A stretch of 36,176 nt of DNA, taken from positions 1-36,176 of the forward strand of contig DASWIU010000137.1 of the NCBI GenBank assembly GCA_036397515.1, written 5' to 3'. The translations under genes were made by a program, and so were the position numbers. Shown one piece after another: positions 10,962-20,124 of this stretch (positions are counted from its first letter, which is position 1; each line of letters starts with the position of its first letter). Under the pieces are notes generated by a model. The model saw only the letters and a program-made list of their open reading frames with translations, had not been told where the DNA came from and made no database searches. Source of the DNA: Desulfurivibrionaceae bacterium (lineage in GTDB: Bacteria; Desulfobacterota; Desulfobulbia; Desulfobulbales; Desulfurivibrionaceae).

Positions 10962-13900
10962 ATGGACAATAGGTTGACGGCCCTCTTCACCGAGGGCCGT
11001 TCCGTTAACATCATCGGCCTGCGGGGAAGCGCCCCGGCCTTTCATCTCGGCCGCACCGCCCGGCTTGGGCAGCGGCCCATTCTCTGTCTCACGCCAAGCG
11101 AGACCGCGGCCCAGCATCTTGTCCAGGATCTTGCCCTTTTCAGCGACACCCCGGTTCTCTATTTTCCCGGCCAGGAAATCCCTCCCTATACCCCGTTATC
11201 GCCGGACAGCCGGACCGTGGCGGAGCGCCTTGCCACCCTGTTTCAGGTGCACAGCGCCGACAAGCCGTTTATCCTGGTCATGTCCATTGAGGCCTTGCTG
11301 AGAAGGGTTCTTCCCCGCGCCTCCCTTGCCAAGCTGGCCGAGCTGGTCATGCGCGGCGAAGAGACCGATCTCGACGGGCTGATCGCCTCCCTTGCCGCTT
11401 GCGGCTACGATGCGGCGGCCCTGGTGCAGTCGGTTGGCGAGTTCAGCCTGCGGGGCGGCATTCTGGACATCTTTCCCACCGGTTTTGAGATGCCGGTCCG
11501 CCTCGATTTCTGTGGCGATACGGTTGAATCCATCCGCAAATTCGATCCCATCAGCCAACGCTCGGTGGAGGATCTCGAAGAGATCGTTCTCCTGCCGGTA
11601 AGCGATATCCTCTATCCCGCCGCCGAGCAGGAGCTGCGGCAAGTGGTCGCCCGGTTCCAGGCTGCCGCCGAGAAGCTTGCCTGGGACAGCGAGCGGGTCC
11701 GGGTGATGGAGGATTGTCTCCAGCATCGCCGGCGCTTTCCCGGGGTTGAATTTCTTCTGCCGCTCTTCCATGAAACATCGACCGTGCTTGATTATCTGCC
11801 GGCCGATACCATCCTTTTTTTCTCCTCGCCAACCGCCATTGCGGAAAGCCTTACCCTGTGCCGGGAAAGGATCGCGGCGAATTTTGCCGAGGCCTCCGCT
11901 GCCCGCCTGCCCGTCTTGCCGCCGGAACAGATCTTTCTGCCGGAGGAGGAATGGCAAGAACGGCTGGCCCGTTTCCAGCAGGGGCGGTTCTACGATTTTG
12001 CCCATCCGGACATGGCCGAGGGCGAACCCCTGGAGATAGCCTGCGGCAACCATGTCCTGCTCAAGCAGCAGCTTGCGCTGCAACGCAAGGATCAGGGGAT
12101 GATGCCCGAGCTGGCCCGGCAGCTGCAGACCTGGCTTGAGGCCGGCGAGGCCGTGTTTTTCGCCTGCCGGACCAGGCGGCATGCGGAACACATGGCGGAG
12201 CTGCTTCGCCAATACGATCTGCCGGTTGCCATAAGCGAAGCCCCGGTGCCGGCGGCCATTTCCGCCGAGCGGGAGATTATCCTGGTGGATTCGCCGCTGG
12301 CCGCGGGCTTTGATCTGCCCGAGGCGCGGCTGCATTGGGTTTCGGAAAGCGAGCTGTTCGGTGAGCTGCGCCTGGGCGCGGGCAAGAAGAAGGGCGTCCA
12401 GCGGAGCAGGCCGGCGGTGAGTTTTGCCGAGCTGAAGGTCGGCGATATCGTGGTCCACACGGCCCATGGTCTTGGCCGGTACGAAGGGCTGATCAATATC
12501 GTGCTGGGCGGCATTGCCAACGATTTTTTTCAGCTGGTTTACCGCGATGGCGACAAGCTCTACGTGCCGGTGGATCAGCTCAAGGTGATCAGCAAGTACC
12601 AGGGGCTTACCGAGACCGAACCGAAACTCGACAAGCTGGGCGGCAAGCTCTGGCAGACCCGGCGGGAAAAGGTCAAGGAAGAGGTTTGGAAGGTGGCCCA
12701 GGATCTCTTGGGCCTCTATGCCCGCCGGGCCATGGTGGAGGGGCATGCCTTTTCGCCGCCGGACGAGTTGTTCCATGAGATGGAGGAATCCTTCCCCTAT
12801 GACGAGACCGCGGGTCAGCTCAAGGCGATCAACGAGGTCCTCGACGATCTGACCGCGCCCCGGCCCATGGACCGGCTGGTCTGCGGGGATGTGGGCTACG
12901 GCAAGACCGAGGTCGCCATCCGGGCGGCCTTCAAGGTGGTGGCCGATAATTTCCAGGTCGCCATTCTGGTGCCGACCACCGTATTGGCCGAGCAGCATGC
13001 CGCCACCTTCCGCGAGCGGTTGCAGGGCTTTCCGGTCCGGGTGGAAAGCCTGACCCGTTTCCGCAGCCCGGCGGAGCAGAAGCAGATCATCCAGGAGCTG
13101 GGCCAGGGGCGGGTGGACATCGTGGTCGGCACCCACCGGCTGTTGTCCCAGGATGTGGTCTTCAAGCGGCTCGGGCTCCTGATCATCGACGAGGAGCACC
13201 GTTTCGGCGTGTCCCACAAGGAAAAGCTCAAGAAGCTCAAGAGCCAGGTGGATGTCCTGACCCTGACCGCCACCCCGATTCCCCGCACCCTGCAACTCTC
13301 CCTGCTCAGTATCCGCGATCTTTCCGTGATCAGCTCGCCGCCCGAGTTTCGGCGGCCGGTGAAAACCTTTGTCGCCCGCGACGACGAGTTGGTGATCAAG
13401 GAGGCGGTGGTGAAGGAGCTGCAACGGGGCGGCCAGGTTTTCTTGGTTCATAACCGGGTTCACTCCATTCAGGAAATGGCTTCCCGGGTGCAGAAGCTGG
13501 TCCCTGAGGCACGGCTGGCCGTGGCCCACGGTCAGATGCCGGGAAAGGCTCTGGAAGAGATCATGGTCCGCTTTGTCAAGCGGGAGATCGATGTGCTGGT
13601 CTGCACCACCATTATTGAATCGGGCCTCGATATCCCCAACGCCAACACCATTGTCATCACCAGGGCGGACCGGCTCGGCCTGGCGGAAATCTATCAGCTC
13701 CGCGGCAGGGTGGGGCGGGGACGGGAGCAGGCCTATGCCTATCTGTTGGTTCCCTCCCTGGACGGCCTGTCCAAGGATGCCCAGCAGCGGCTGCGGGCGC
13801 TGATGGATTACAACGAGCTTGGCGGCGGCTTCAAGCTGGCCATGAGCGACTTGCAGATCCGGGGGGGCGGCAATATTCTGGGGATCTCGCAGAGCGGCAA

Positions 13901-14450
13901 TATTGCCGCGGTGGGCTATGACCTGTACCTGGAACTGTTGCAGCAGACGGTTCTCGATTTGAAGCGGAAAGGCGCTGCCGTGGAGCAACCCCCCGAGCAG
14001 ATCGAGCCGGAGATCAATCTCAAGATTTCGGCCTTTCTGCCGGAGCGCTACATCCCCTCGACCGAACAGCGTTATATCGCTTACCGCCGCCTGACCAATG
14101 CCGAGCAGGTGGAAGAGTTGCTGGATCTGCAGGATGAATTTGCCGACCGCTACGGCCCGCTTCCCCAGGAGGCCCTCAACCTCTTTGAGGTGCTGGCCCT
14201 GAAAACCCTGCTCAGGCGGTGGTGGATCAGCAAGCTGGAGCAGGGGCCTGCCAATCTGGTTTTCTCCTTTCATGAGAAAACCCCGGTGACCCCGGAGAAG
14301 ATCATGCGTCTGCTGGAAAAATATAAGAATCGGGCGCGTTTCACCCCAGAATCCCGGTTGATCGTCACCACCGAACCCGGTCTCTTGCCGGGGCAAACAT
14401 TCCAAAATGCGCAAAATATTCTTGCCTTGCTCGCGGAAGATGACATTTGA
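10962..14450 (+). CDS. mfd: Transcription-repair coupling factor
   Basis: UvrB-like RGGILDIF, RID (VVHTAHGLGRY), CGDVGYGKTEVA, DEEH, TATPIPRT, QLRGRVGR and a TRCF C-terminus. Confidence 0.97.
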   Translation: MDNRLTALFTEGRSVNIIGLRGSAPAFHLGRTARLGQRPILCLTPSETAAQHLVQDLALFSDTPVLYFPGQEIPPYTPLSPDSRTVAERLATLFQVHSADKPFILVMSIEALLRRVLPRASLAKLAELVMRGEETDLDGLIASLAACGYDAAALVQSVGEFSLRGGILDIFPTGFEMPVRLDFCGDTVESIRKFDPISQRSVEDLEEIVLLPVSDILYPAAEQELRQVVARFQAAAEKLAWDSERVRVMEDCLQHRRRFPGVEFLLPLFHETSTVLDYLPADTILFFSSPTAIAESLTLCRERIAANFAEASAARLPVLPPEQIFLPEEEWQERLARFQQGRFYDFAHPDMAEGEPLEIACGNHVLLKQQLALQRKDQGMMPELARQLQTWLEAGEAVFFACRTRRHAEHMAELLRQYDLPVAISEAPVPAAISAEREIILVDSPLAAGFDLPEARLHWVSESELFGELRLGAGKKKGVQRSRPAVSFAELKVGDIVVHTAHGLGRYEGLINIVLGGIANDFFQLVYRDGDKLYVPVDQLKVISKYQGLTETEPKLDKLGGKLWQTRREKVKEEVWKVAQDLLGLYARRAMVEGHAFSPPDELFHEMEESFPYDETAGQLKAINEVLDDLTAPRPMDRLVCGDVGYGKTEVAIRAAFKVVADNFQVAILVPTTVLAEQHAATFRERLQGFPVRVESLTRFRSPAEQKQIIQELGQGRVDIVVGTHRLLSQDVVFKRLGLLIIDEEHRFGVSHKEKLKKLKSQVDVLTLTATPIPRTLQLSLLSIRDLSVISSPPEFRRPVKTFVARDDELVIKEAVVKELQRGGQVFLVHNRVHSIQEMASRVQKLVPEARLAVAHGQMPGKALEEIMVRFVKREIDVLVCTTIIESGLDIPNANTIVITRADRLGLAEIYQLRGRVGRGREQAYAYLLVPSLDGLSKDAQQRLRALMDYNELGGGFKLAMSDLQIRGGGNILGISQSGNIAAVGYDLYLELLQQTVLDLKRKGAAVEQPPEQIEPEINLKISAFLPERYIPSTEQRYIAYRRLTNAEQVEELLDLQDEFADRYGPLPQEALNLFEVLALKTLLRRWWISKLEQGPANLVFSFHEKTPVTPEKIMRLLEKYKNRARFTPESRLIVTTEPGLLPGQTFQNAQNILALLAEDDI

Positions 14451-14468
14451 AAATGACTGTGGTAGAAT
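14440..14468 (+). promoter_or_regulatory. Candidate sigma70 promoter for surA-rodZ-recO
   Basis: ATGACA (14440-14445), 17-nt spacer, TAGAAT (14463-14468) with an extended TGn. Confidence 0.45.
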
Positions 14469-14518
14469 TTGCCGGCTATGAAGTCAAATAAGATTAAAAA
14501 CAATATTTTCAGACTGTT

Positions 14519-15508
14519 ATGAGTGTGTTAGTGAAAATTATCTTACAGATTGTATGCGTGGCCCTGTCTCTTCTCGCTTTTTCCCAGCCGCCCGTTGCCC
14601 GGGCGGAGATGGTGGACCGGATCGTCGCCATTGTCAACGATGATGTCATTACCTTTTCCGACCTCAACCGGGAAGGGGCGGCGCTGTTCCGCCGGATCAC
14701 CCAAGAGGCTCCGCCGGACCAGGTGGAGCGGACCCTGCTCAAGGCCCGAGAGGAGATGCTCTCCAGCCTTATCGACAAGCTCATCGTTGCCCAGCGGGCC
14801 AAAAAAATGGGGATTTCGGTGTCCGATTCGGAGGTGGATAGCGCGGTCAAGAATATCATCGAGCGCAACAAGACCACCGCGGAAAAGTTTTGGCAGCAGA
14901 TGGCGCTCATGGGCTCCAACGAGCGCGATTACCGGGAGCTCATCCGAAGCCAGATGCTGCAGGAAAGATTGATTGATTACGAGATCCGTTCCCGGGTGGT
15001 GGTGAATGAGGAGCGGATCCGTGAATTTTACGAAAAAAATTATGCCCAGAAAACGAAGGAAGATGCCTATCATGTTCTGCAGATGGGCTTTGCCTGGGAG
15101 GAAAATACCCAGGCGGCAAAGGATGATGCCCGGCGGCGGGCGGAAGAGGCCCGGCAGCAGGCTCTTGCCGGACAGGACTTCCGCACCCTGGCCCGGCAGG
15201 CTTCCGATCTGCCTTCTGCCAAGGATGGGGGAGACATCGGGGTCTTTAAAAAGTCGGAAATGGCGGATTACATGAAGGCAAGCATCCTCGGCCTGCAGCC
15301 GGGACAAATCAGCGCCATTCAGGAGACCCCGGCCGGATACCAGTTTTTCAAGCTTCTTTCCGATCGGGGGGATGTCGGTCTGCAAGCTTCCTACGAGACG
15401 GTGAAAGAGCAGATCAGGAAGCGTCTGTATGAGGAGGCGTTGAACAGCCAGTTTCAGAAATGGGTAAAAGAGCTTCGCGATCAGTCGTATATTAAAAAAA
15501 TACTATAG
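14519..15508 (+). CDS. surA: SurA-family periplasmic chaperone / parvulin PPIase
   Basis: Signal peptide, VDRIVAIVNDDVIT, and one parvulin domain (F..LARQAS..SAKDGGDIG). Follows mfd. Confidence 0.85.
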   Translation: MSVLVKIILQIVCVALSLLAFSQPPVARAEMVDRIVAIVNDDVITFSDLNREGAALFRRITQEAPPDQVERTLLKAREEMLSSLIDKLIVAQRAKKMGISVSDSEVDSAVKNIIERNKTTAEKFWQQMALMGSNERDYRELIRSQMLQERLIDYEIRSRVVVNEERIREFYEKNYAQKTKEDAYHVLQMGFAWEENTQAAKDDARRRAEEARQQALAGQDFRTLARQASDLPSAKDGGDIGVFKKSEMADYMKASILGLQPGQISAIQETPAGYQFFKLLSDRGDVGLQASYETVKEQIRKRLYEEALNSQFQKWVKELRDQSYIKKIL

Positions 15509-15569
15509 TTTAGGGGCCGTTAAGAAATAGCTATTACATTTTTAACCATTTTTTACGGCCCCTTATGCC
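15509..15569 (-). repeat. Short palindromic intergenic element, family B copy 2
   Basis: Its reverse complement GGCATAAGGGGCCGTAAAAAATGGTT...ATTTCTTAACGGCCCCTAAA aligns with 5-67. Abuts the surA stop. Confidence 0.85.
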
Positions 15570-15651
15570 TGTCGCGACATTACGCTGTGACCGCGTCTTT
15601 CGAACAATGGCCTAAGCTGTCCCAACAACCTCTGGATAAGGGATGTCTCCA

Positions 15652-16779
15652 ATGACCAAGGACTCACCATCTGCTGATGATGCAACCGGCCAACCCGCAG
15701 CCTTGTCACGAACCGATGAAACCCTTGGCAGCTTTCTGAAAAGGCATCGACAAGAGCAAGGAAAAGACCTCGACGAAATCGCGGAAAAAACGCGCATCCA
15801 TGCCTCAACCCTTCGGGCCATTGAGGAGGACAATCCCAAGGCTCTGCCGGCGGAGGTTTTCGCCAGGGGTTTTGTGAAAAATTATGCGCAGTATCTCGGC
15901 CTTGATCCCAACGAGGCCTTGGCCTGGTATATCGAACAGAATGACGGAGACGCCAGACCAACGGAAAAAATCAATGTTCAGGAGGTTCTTGCCGGCGAGG
16001 CCATGGCCGAGGCACGGACTTTTCCGATGGGACGCTTTGTGATCTTTTTTATGGTCGTGGGCGTTCTGTTTTTTGCCGGGTATCTGGTCTTGAGTTTTTT
16101 GAATTCCTCCGCCCCGCCAGTCGATATGGCCACGCAAGACACGACTCCCCAAGCCCAGGTTGAACAGCAATCGCTGCCGGCCGCTCCGGGGACAGGCGAG
16201 CCAGGCAGCGAATCCGTCCCCGGTAACTTGGGGGCAGGGCCGGGCGGAACACCGGACCCGGCTCTTGCCTCCCTGCCTGGGTCCAGCCCGGTAACGCCGG
16301 GACAAGAGGAGCAGCAGACCCTCTCCCCGCCGGAAAAGGCAGGACAGTTAGGGGAACCCCAGGCGGCGGAGGGGGAACAGGTCAAAAAAAAAACAGATGA
16401 CGGAAAACCCATAATGTATCCGCAGGCCGTCAAGGAGAAGCCGGTTCCCGCACCGTCCGCATCACCCGCACCGTCCGCATCACCTGCACCGCCCGCACCA
16501 ATTGCCGCGCCAACACCTTCCGCGGTAAAGGCCCCGGGGATGAATTATGTTCTGGAGGCAAGGTTCACCGCGCCGACCTGGCTTTCCGTGCAGGTCGATA
16601 AGGAAAAGAAGAAATCAGCCATTTACCAGCCCGGGGATTACCTGGTCTGGCAGGCGGAAAAAAAGATTTCCCTTTTTGTCGGAAACGCCGGGGGCATCAT
16701 CCTCACCCTGAATGGCAAGCAGGTGCCGCCTTTTGGCAAGTTATCGGATAGTAAACATATTTCGTTCCCGGCCGAATAA
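15652..16779 (+). CDS. rodZ: Cytoskeleton protein RodZ (HTH, TM, Pro-rich linker, DUF4115-like domain)
   Basis: LGSFLKRHR...TRI...LRAIEE...FARGFVKNYAQYLGLD, a single TM, and C-terminal VGNAGGIILTLNGK. Start is 15652 or 15643. Confidence 0.88.
   Translation: MTKDSPSADDATGQPAALSRTDETLGSFLKRHRQEQGKDLDEIAEKTRIHASTLRAIEEDNPKALPAEVFARGFVKNYAQYLGLDPNEALAWYIEQNDGDARPTEKINVQEVLAGEAMAEARTFPMGRFVIFFMVVGVLFFAGYLVLSFLNSSAPPVDMATQDTTPQAQVEQQSLPAAPGTGEPGSESVPGNLGAGPGGTPDPALASLPGSSPVTPGQEEQQTLSPPEKAGQLGEPQAAEGEQVKKKTDDGKPIMYPQAVKEKPVPAPSASPAPSASPAPPAPIAAPTPSAVKAPGMNYVLEARFTAPTWLSVQVDKEKKKSAIYQPGDYLVWQAEKKISLFVGNAGGIILTLNGKQVPPFGKLSDSKHISFPAE
16447..16500 (+). repeat. In-frame 18-bp tandem repeat in the rodZ linker
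   Basis: CCCGCACCGTCCGCATCA twice plus one degenerate unit, encoding PAPSAS-PAPSAS-PAPPAP. Confidence 0.85.
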
Positions 16780-16797
16780 TACTCATAGCGAGAGCAG

Positions 16798-17547
16798 ATG
16801 TCCTTGCAGCAAAGCCTGGCCATTGTGCTTCAGGTGAGAGACCACGGTGATTCCGACAAGATTGTCACCGTGTACACTCTGGAGCACGGCAAGATCGTGC
16901 TTATCGCCAAGGGCGCCAAGCGCAGCAAGAAACGTTTTGTCAACAAGCTTGAGCTCTTTTCTCTCCTCGCCATCCAATTTGCCCCAAGCCGACACAGCTC
17001 GCTCATGCGTCTGGATCAGGCTGATTTACTGAATCCCTTCCCCGGGCTGCGGGAAAACTACGAATTGTACATCGGCGCCTGCCTCCTGTGCGAACTGGTC
17101 CTGCACTGGACCAGGGAGCAGGATAGTGACGAAGAGCTTTTTCGCTTGTTGGTCTGGGCGTTGGAGGGGCTGGCTCCGGCGGGGGGGAGTGTCAACCGGA
17201 CGATCATCTTCTTTCACGTCAAGATGCTGGATATCCTCGGCTATCGTCCCGATCTGACAGGCTGTCTCGATTGCCATGTTCTTGGGGCGCCCGGGGTCCT
17301 GTACCGTTTCAGCCCCCTGCGCAACGGGCTGGTGTGCAGCCGTTGCGAACCCCAGGCCACGGCCAACTCCCAGCCGCTTTCCATCCAGACCATCCAATTG
17401 TTGCGCCGGGCGCAGGATCTGGAGCAAGGCAAGCTGGAACGGCTCCATTTTTCCTCGGCTGCCACCCGGGAGGCCATTGCCCTGTTGAGGCGCTACGACA
17501 GCCACCTGTTGCAGCGGGAGGTGCAGTCCTGGAATTTTCTTGGCTGA
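16798..17547 (+). CDS. recO: DNA repair protein RecO
   Basis: AIVLQVRDHGDSDKIVTVYT..HGKI..IAKGAKRSKKRF; LGYRPDL; CxxC...CxxC zinc site. Confidence 0.93.
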   Translation: MSLQQSLAIVLQVRDHGDSDKIVTVYTLEHGKIVLIAKGAKRSKKRFVNKLELFSLLAIQFAPSRHSSLMRLDQADLLNPFPGLRENYELYIGACLLCELVLHWTREQDSDEELFRLLVWALEGLAPAGGSVNRTIIFFHVKMLDILGYRPDLTGCLDCHVLGAPGVLYRFSPLRNGLVCSRCEPQATANSQPLSIQTIQLLRRAQDLEQGKLERLHFSSAATREAIALLRRYDSHLLQREVQSWNFLG

Positions 17548-17550
17548 GGG

Positions 17551-17682
17551 GTAACTGTCCAGCAGCACCACATCTGCTTTGTCATCGACCAGCTCATGTG
17601 CAAGAGCACACTTCGCAGGTCTCTTTGTCGGCACTTCTGCCGACGATTGACACGCGCATCCGTGGCACTGCTGAACAGCTAC
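17551..17682 (-). repeat. Structured intergenic element, family A copy 3
   Basis: Termini GTAACTGTCCAGCAGCACCAC and GTGGCACTGCTGAACAGCTAC. Lies between the convergent recO and flavoprotein genes. Confidence 0.85.
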
Positions 17683-17740
17683 TGTCCCGGGGTATCTTGA
17701 GTTTTTTTTGTCTTGAGTCGGATAGTTTTTGGCTGATTGC

Positions 17741-18319
17741 TTATTCGGCCTTAATTTTCTGGAGGAGCCAGGCCATGTTGCTTCCCAGGTCGCGCATGGT
17801 TTTCATGCCTTCCTCGTCGTTGGCCACCTCGCCCGGTTCCCGGCCGACGCCGATGTTCCAGTAGGAGGAGCCCACCACGATCATCTGGCCGATGAGGAAA
17901 AAGGCGTTGAGGGAATTGAAGACCTGGATCGCCCCGGCCCGGCGGACCGCGACCACCCCGGCCCCGGCCTTGCGTTTGAACAGATCGCCGTTGGCCCTGG
18001 AAACCATGCCGCACCGCTCGATCAAGGCCTTCATCCCCGCGGAGACATCGGCGAAGTAGGTGGGGGAGCCCAGGAGGATGCCGTCCGCTGCAATCATCTT
18101 GGCAAGACAGTCGTTGATGATATCTTTTTCCACGGCGCAGCGGCTGTCTTTGTTTTTGAAGCACTGGTAGCAGGCGATACAGCCGGAGAGCGATTGACCG
18201 GACAACTCCACCAGTTCCGTGTCGATCCCTTGCCGAGACAGCTCTTCCAAGGCGGTATTCAGCAACTTTGCGGTATTCCCTCCCTTGCGGGCGCTCCCGT
18301 TAAAAGCGACGACTTTCAT
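17741..18319 (-). CDS. Iron-sulfur flavoprotein (flavodoxin-like fold, Isf family)
   Basis: FNGSARKGGNT FMN loop, CxxCxxCx7C cluster motif (CIACYQCFKNKDSRC) and LGSPTYF. AGGAG precedes ATG 18319. Confidence 0.9.
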   Translation of the reverse strand: MKVVAFNGSARKGGNTAKLLNTALEELSRQGIDTELVELSGQSLSGCIACYQCFKNKDSRCAVEKDIINDCLAKMIAADGILLGSPTYFADVSAGMKALIERCGMVSRANGDLFKRKAGAGVVAVRRAGAIQVFNSLNAFFLIGQMIVVGSSYWNIGVGREPGEVANDEEGMKTMRDLGSNMAWLLQKIKAE

Positions 18320-18436
18320 GGCATTCTCCTCGGGTGTTTTCATTTTACGGGGTTGGGCTCGTTGTGCCGCGGCGTTCAGGAGTGTGCAGGCCGGAATATT
18401 GTAATCGAGATTGGCGAGGACGGGAAGGAGTTCGAG

Positions 18437-18471
18437 AAAAAACCAGCCGGGGAGAGCCCCGGCTGGTTTTT
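18437..18471 (-). terminator. Intrinsic terminator after the radical SAM gene
   Basis: Perfect CCAGCCGGGG / CCCCGGCTGG stem with a 4-nt loop, flanked by A6 and T5 tracts (U6 on the - strand). 11 nt past the stop. Confidence 0.85.
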
Positions 18472-18482
18472 ATGGGAGAAGC

Positions 18483-19874
18483 TTACTTCCAGCAGTAGGA
18501 CATTTCCGTTTCGGTCCGCCAGCTGTCCCAGAGATAAGCCTCCTCCCGTTGCTGGGAGATGATCCGGAAGGCATGGCGCACCTGCTCTTCAAAGAAGCTG
18601 CAGTAAGGGCTCGGCGCATTGATGTCGCCGGAGACCTTGTAAATCTCGGCCGGGCACGGCGCCCCGCAGAAATGCCGGATGGCGCAGCCGGCGCAGGGCC
18701 GGATTTTTTCGACCTTCCGGTTGGTTACTTCCTGGAAGGGCTTGCTGGCAAGAATATCGGCAGGATCATCCCGGAAGATGTTGCCGCCGGAAAACTCGTT
18801 CATGCCGATGAATTCGCTGCACGGCACGACCTCGCCGTCCGCGGAAACGGCAAAGAAGCAACGACCGCCGCCGCAGGGAGAGATGTCGCACATCAGTCTG
18901 CGGCCGGTCGGGCCGATAACCCCGGCCAGAACATTGGCGAAGTTGGCGATGACCAGCTTTCTGCCGGTTTGCTCAAAAAGCTCAAAAGAGCGGTCCAGCG
19001 CCTTGAAGAAAGCCTCGGCCAGGACCTGGTTGTCCGGTTTCAGGTCCATTCCGCCCTGTCGGGTGCAGCGCACCGGATTGAGCATGACCACTCGTACTCC
19101 CAGCCCGTGATAAAAATCCACCATCTCGGTCAGGGTGTGCACGTTGGCCTGGGTTACGGTGGTGATGACATTCAGGGCCGGGTAATCAACGAGTTTTTTG
19201 ATCACCGCGACCACGGTGTCGTAATAGCCGTTGCCCTGCCAGTTCTTCCTGGTGCTGTTGGCGACCTCCGCGGTGGGGGCGTCCAGGGACAGGCCGATGC
19301 CGACGTGGTGTTCCCTTAAAAAACTGATTGCCGCGTCGTCGAGCAGGGTGGCGTTGGTCTGGATGCCGAAATTGAAGTCGTCTTTAAAGCGCGCGATTGC
19401 GGCAAACACCGCCTCCCGGGCAACCATGGGTTCGCTGCCGTGGAAGATGAGCTGCGGCTTTACCCCCTCCGGCAAAATCTTCCGGAAGTGCTGCAGCAGC
19501 CGTTCGAGGGCGAGCATCAGTTTTTCCTCCCCCATGTCGATGCCGTTTTTGCGCATCTCTTCGGGGAGGTAGCAGTAGCTGCAGTTCAGGTTGCAGCGTT
19601 CGGTGGGGTTCACATAGGCGGCGGAGAGCTTCAGCCCTGCACGCAGGTGATCCATTTCCGCGGCAAATTCCGGGGCGCGGGCCAGGAAGTCTTCGACCAT
19701 GGCGCCCCCCAAAGCCTGGGGCAGCTCCTGCCGGTCGACCAGGGCCCAGTAGGCCGTATCCGCTTCGACAACCGCAACCCGTTTTGGATCTCCGATCTCC
19801 AGCACGGAAAAATTCGGGCCCTGGCCGGTGTTGGCGAACCTGGATGCCGTTGCCTGTTTGGGTGTCTGTTCCAT
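18483..19874 (-). CDS. cbpB: Peptide-modifying radical SAM/SPASM enzyme, CbpB-like
   Basis: CNLNCSYC SAM-cluster motif, FHGSEP, IQTNATLL, LSLD, and SPASM cysteines CDISPCGGGRC...PC...CAGCAIRHFCGAPCPAE...YC. Coupled to an upstream peptide gene. Confidence 0.88.
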   Translation of the reverse strand: MEQTPKQATASRFANTGQGPNFSVLEIGDPKRVAVVEADTAYWALVDRQELPQALGGAMVEDFLARAPEFAAEMDHLRAGLKLSAAYVNPTERCNLNCSYCYLPEEMRKNGIDMGEEKLMLALERLLQHFRKILPEGVKPQLIFHGSEPMVAREAVFAAIARFKDDFNFGIQTNATLLDDAAISFLREHHVGIGLSLDAPTAEVANSTRKNWQGNGYYDTVVAVIKKLVDYPALNVITTVTQANVHTLTEMVDFYHGLGVRVVMLNPVRCTRQGGMDLKPDNQVLAEAFFKALDRSFELFEQTGRKLVIANFANVLAGVIGPTGRRLMCDISPCGGGRCFFAVSADGEVVPCSEFIGMNEFSGGNIFRDDPADILASKPFQEVTNRKVEKIRPCAGCAIRHFCGAPCPAEIYKVSGDINAPSPYCSFFEEQVRHAFRIISQQREEAYLWDSWRTETEMSYCWK

Positions 19875-20002
19875 TACTTGGTGTTGTCCTTTGCGGTTGT
19901 CTCAGCGCTGGGGGTGAGCAGGATGTAATGGGAAAGGCCGGTCCCCTGGCCGATCAGGTTGCAGCGCCGACGGTAGGAAATAATCTGTTTTTGTGCTTTC
20001 AT
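19874..20002 (-). CDS. cbpA: 42-aa RiPP precursor peptide, CbpA-like: MKAQKQIISYRRRCNLIGQGTGLSHYILLTPSAETTAKDNTK
   Basis: Strong AAGGAG RBS (20014-20009) before ATG 20002. The stop overlaps the rSAM start (TAATG). The YRxxC...GTGLSHYIL core matches my recollection of the CbpA family. Confidence 0.82.
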   Translation of the reverse strand: MKAQKQIISYRRRCNLIGQGTGLSHYILLTPSAETTAKDNTK

Positions 20003-20036
20003 GGTGTGCTCCTTTTTTTTGTTGATCTGCGTGCAT

Positions 20037-20076
20037 AAAAAAACCCGGAGCAACCCCATGGGAGCCACTCCGGGTT
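20037..20076 (-). terminator. Riboswitch expression-platform terminator
   Basis: On the - strand, the hairpin AACCCGGAGTGGCTCC-CAT-GGGGTTGCTCCGGGTT is followed by a U run. It lies between the aptamer and the cbpA RBS. Confidence 0.8.
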
Positions 20077-20124
20077 CTGTTTCCATGGGAATCCCAGATG
20101 TACAGCAAGCAATACGTGCGCGAG

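Noticed and set aside
11196-14414. 1072-aa ORF antisense to mfd
   Set aside because: Entirely nested opposite a bona fide gene, with the composition typical of a reverse frame.
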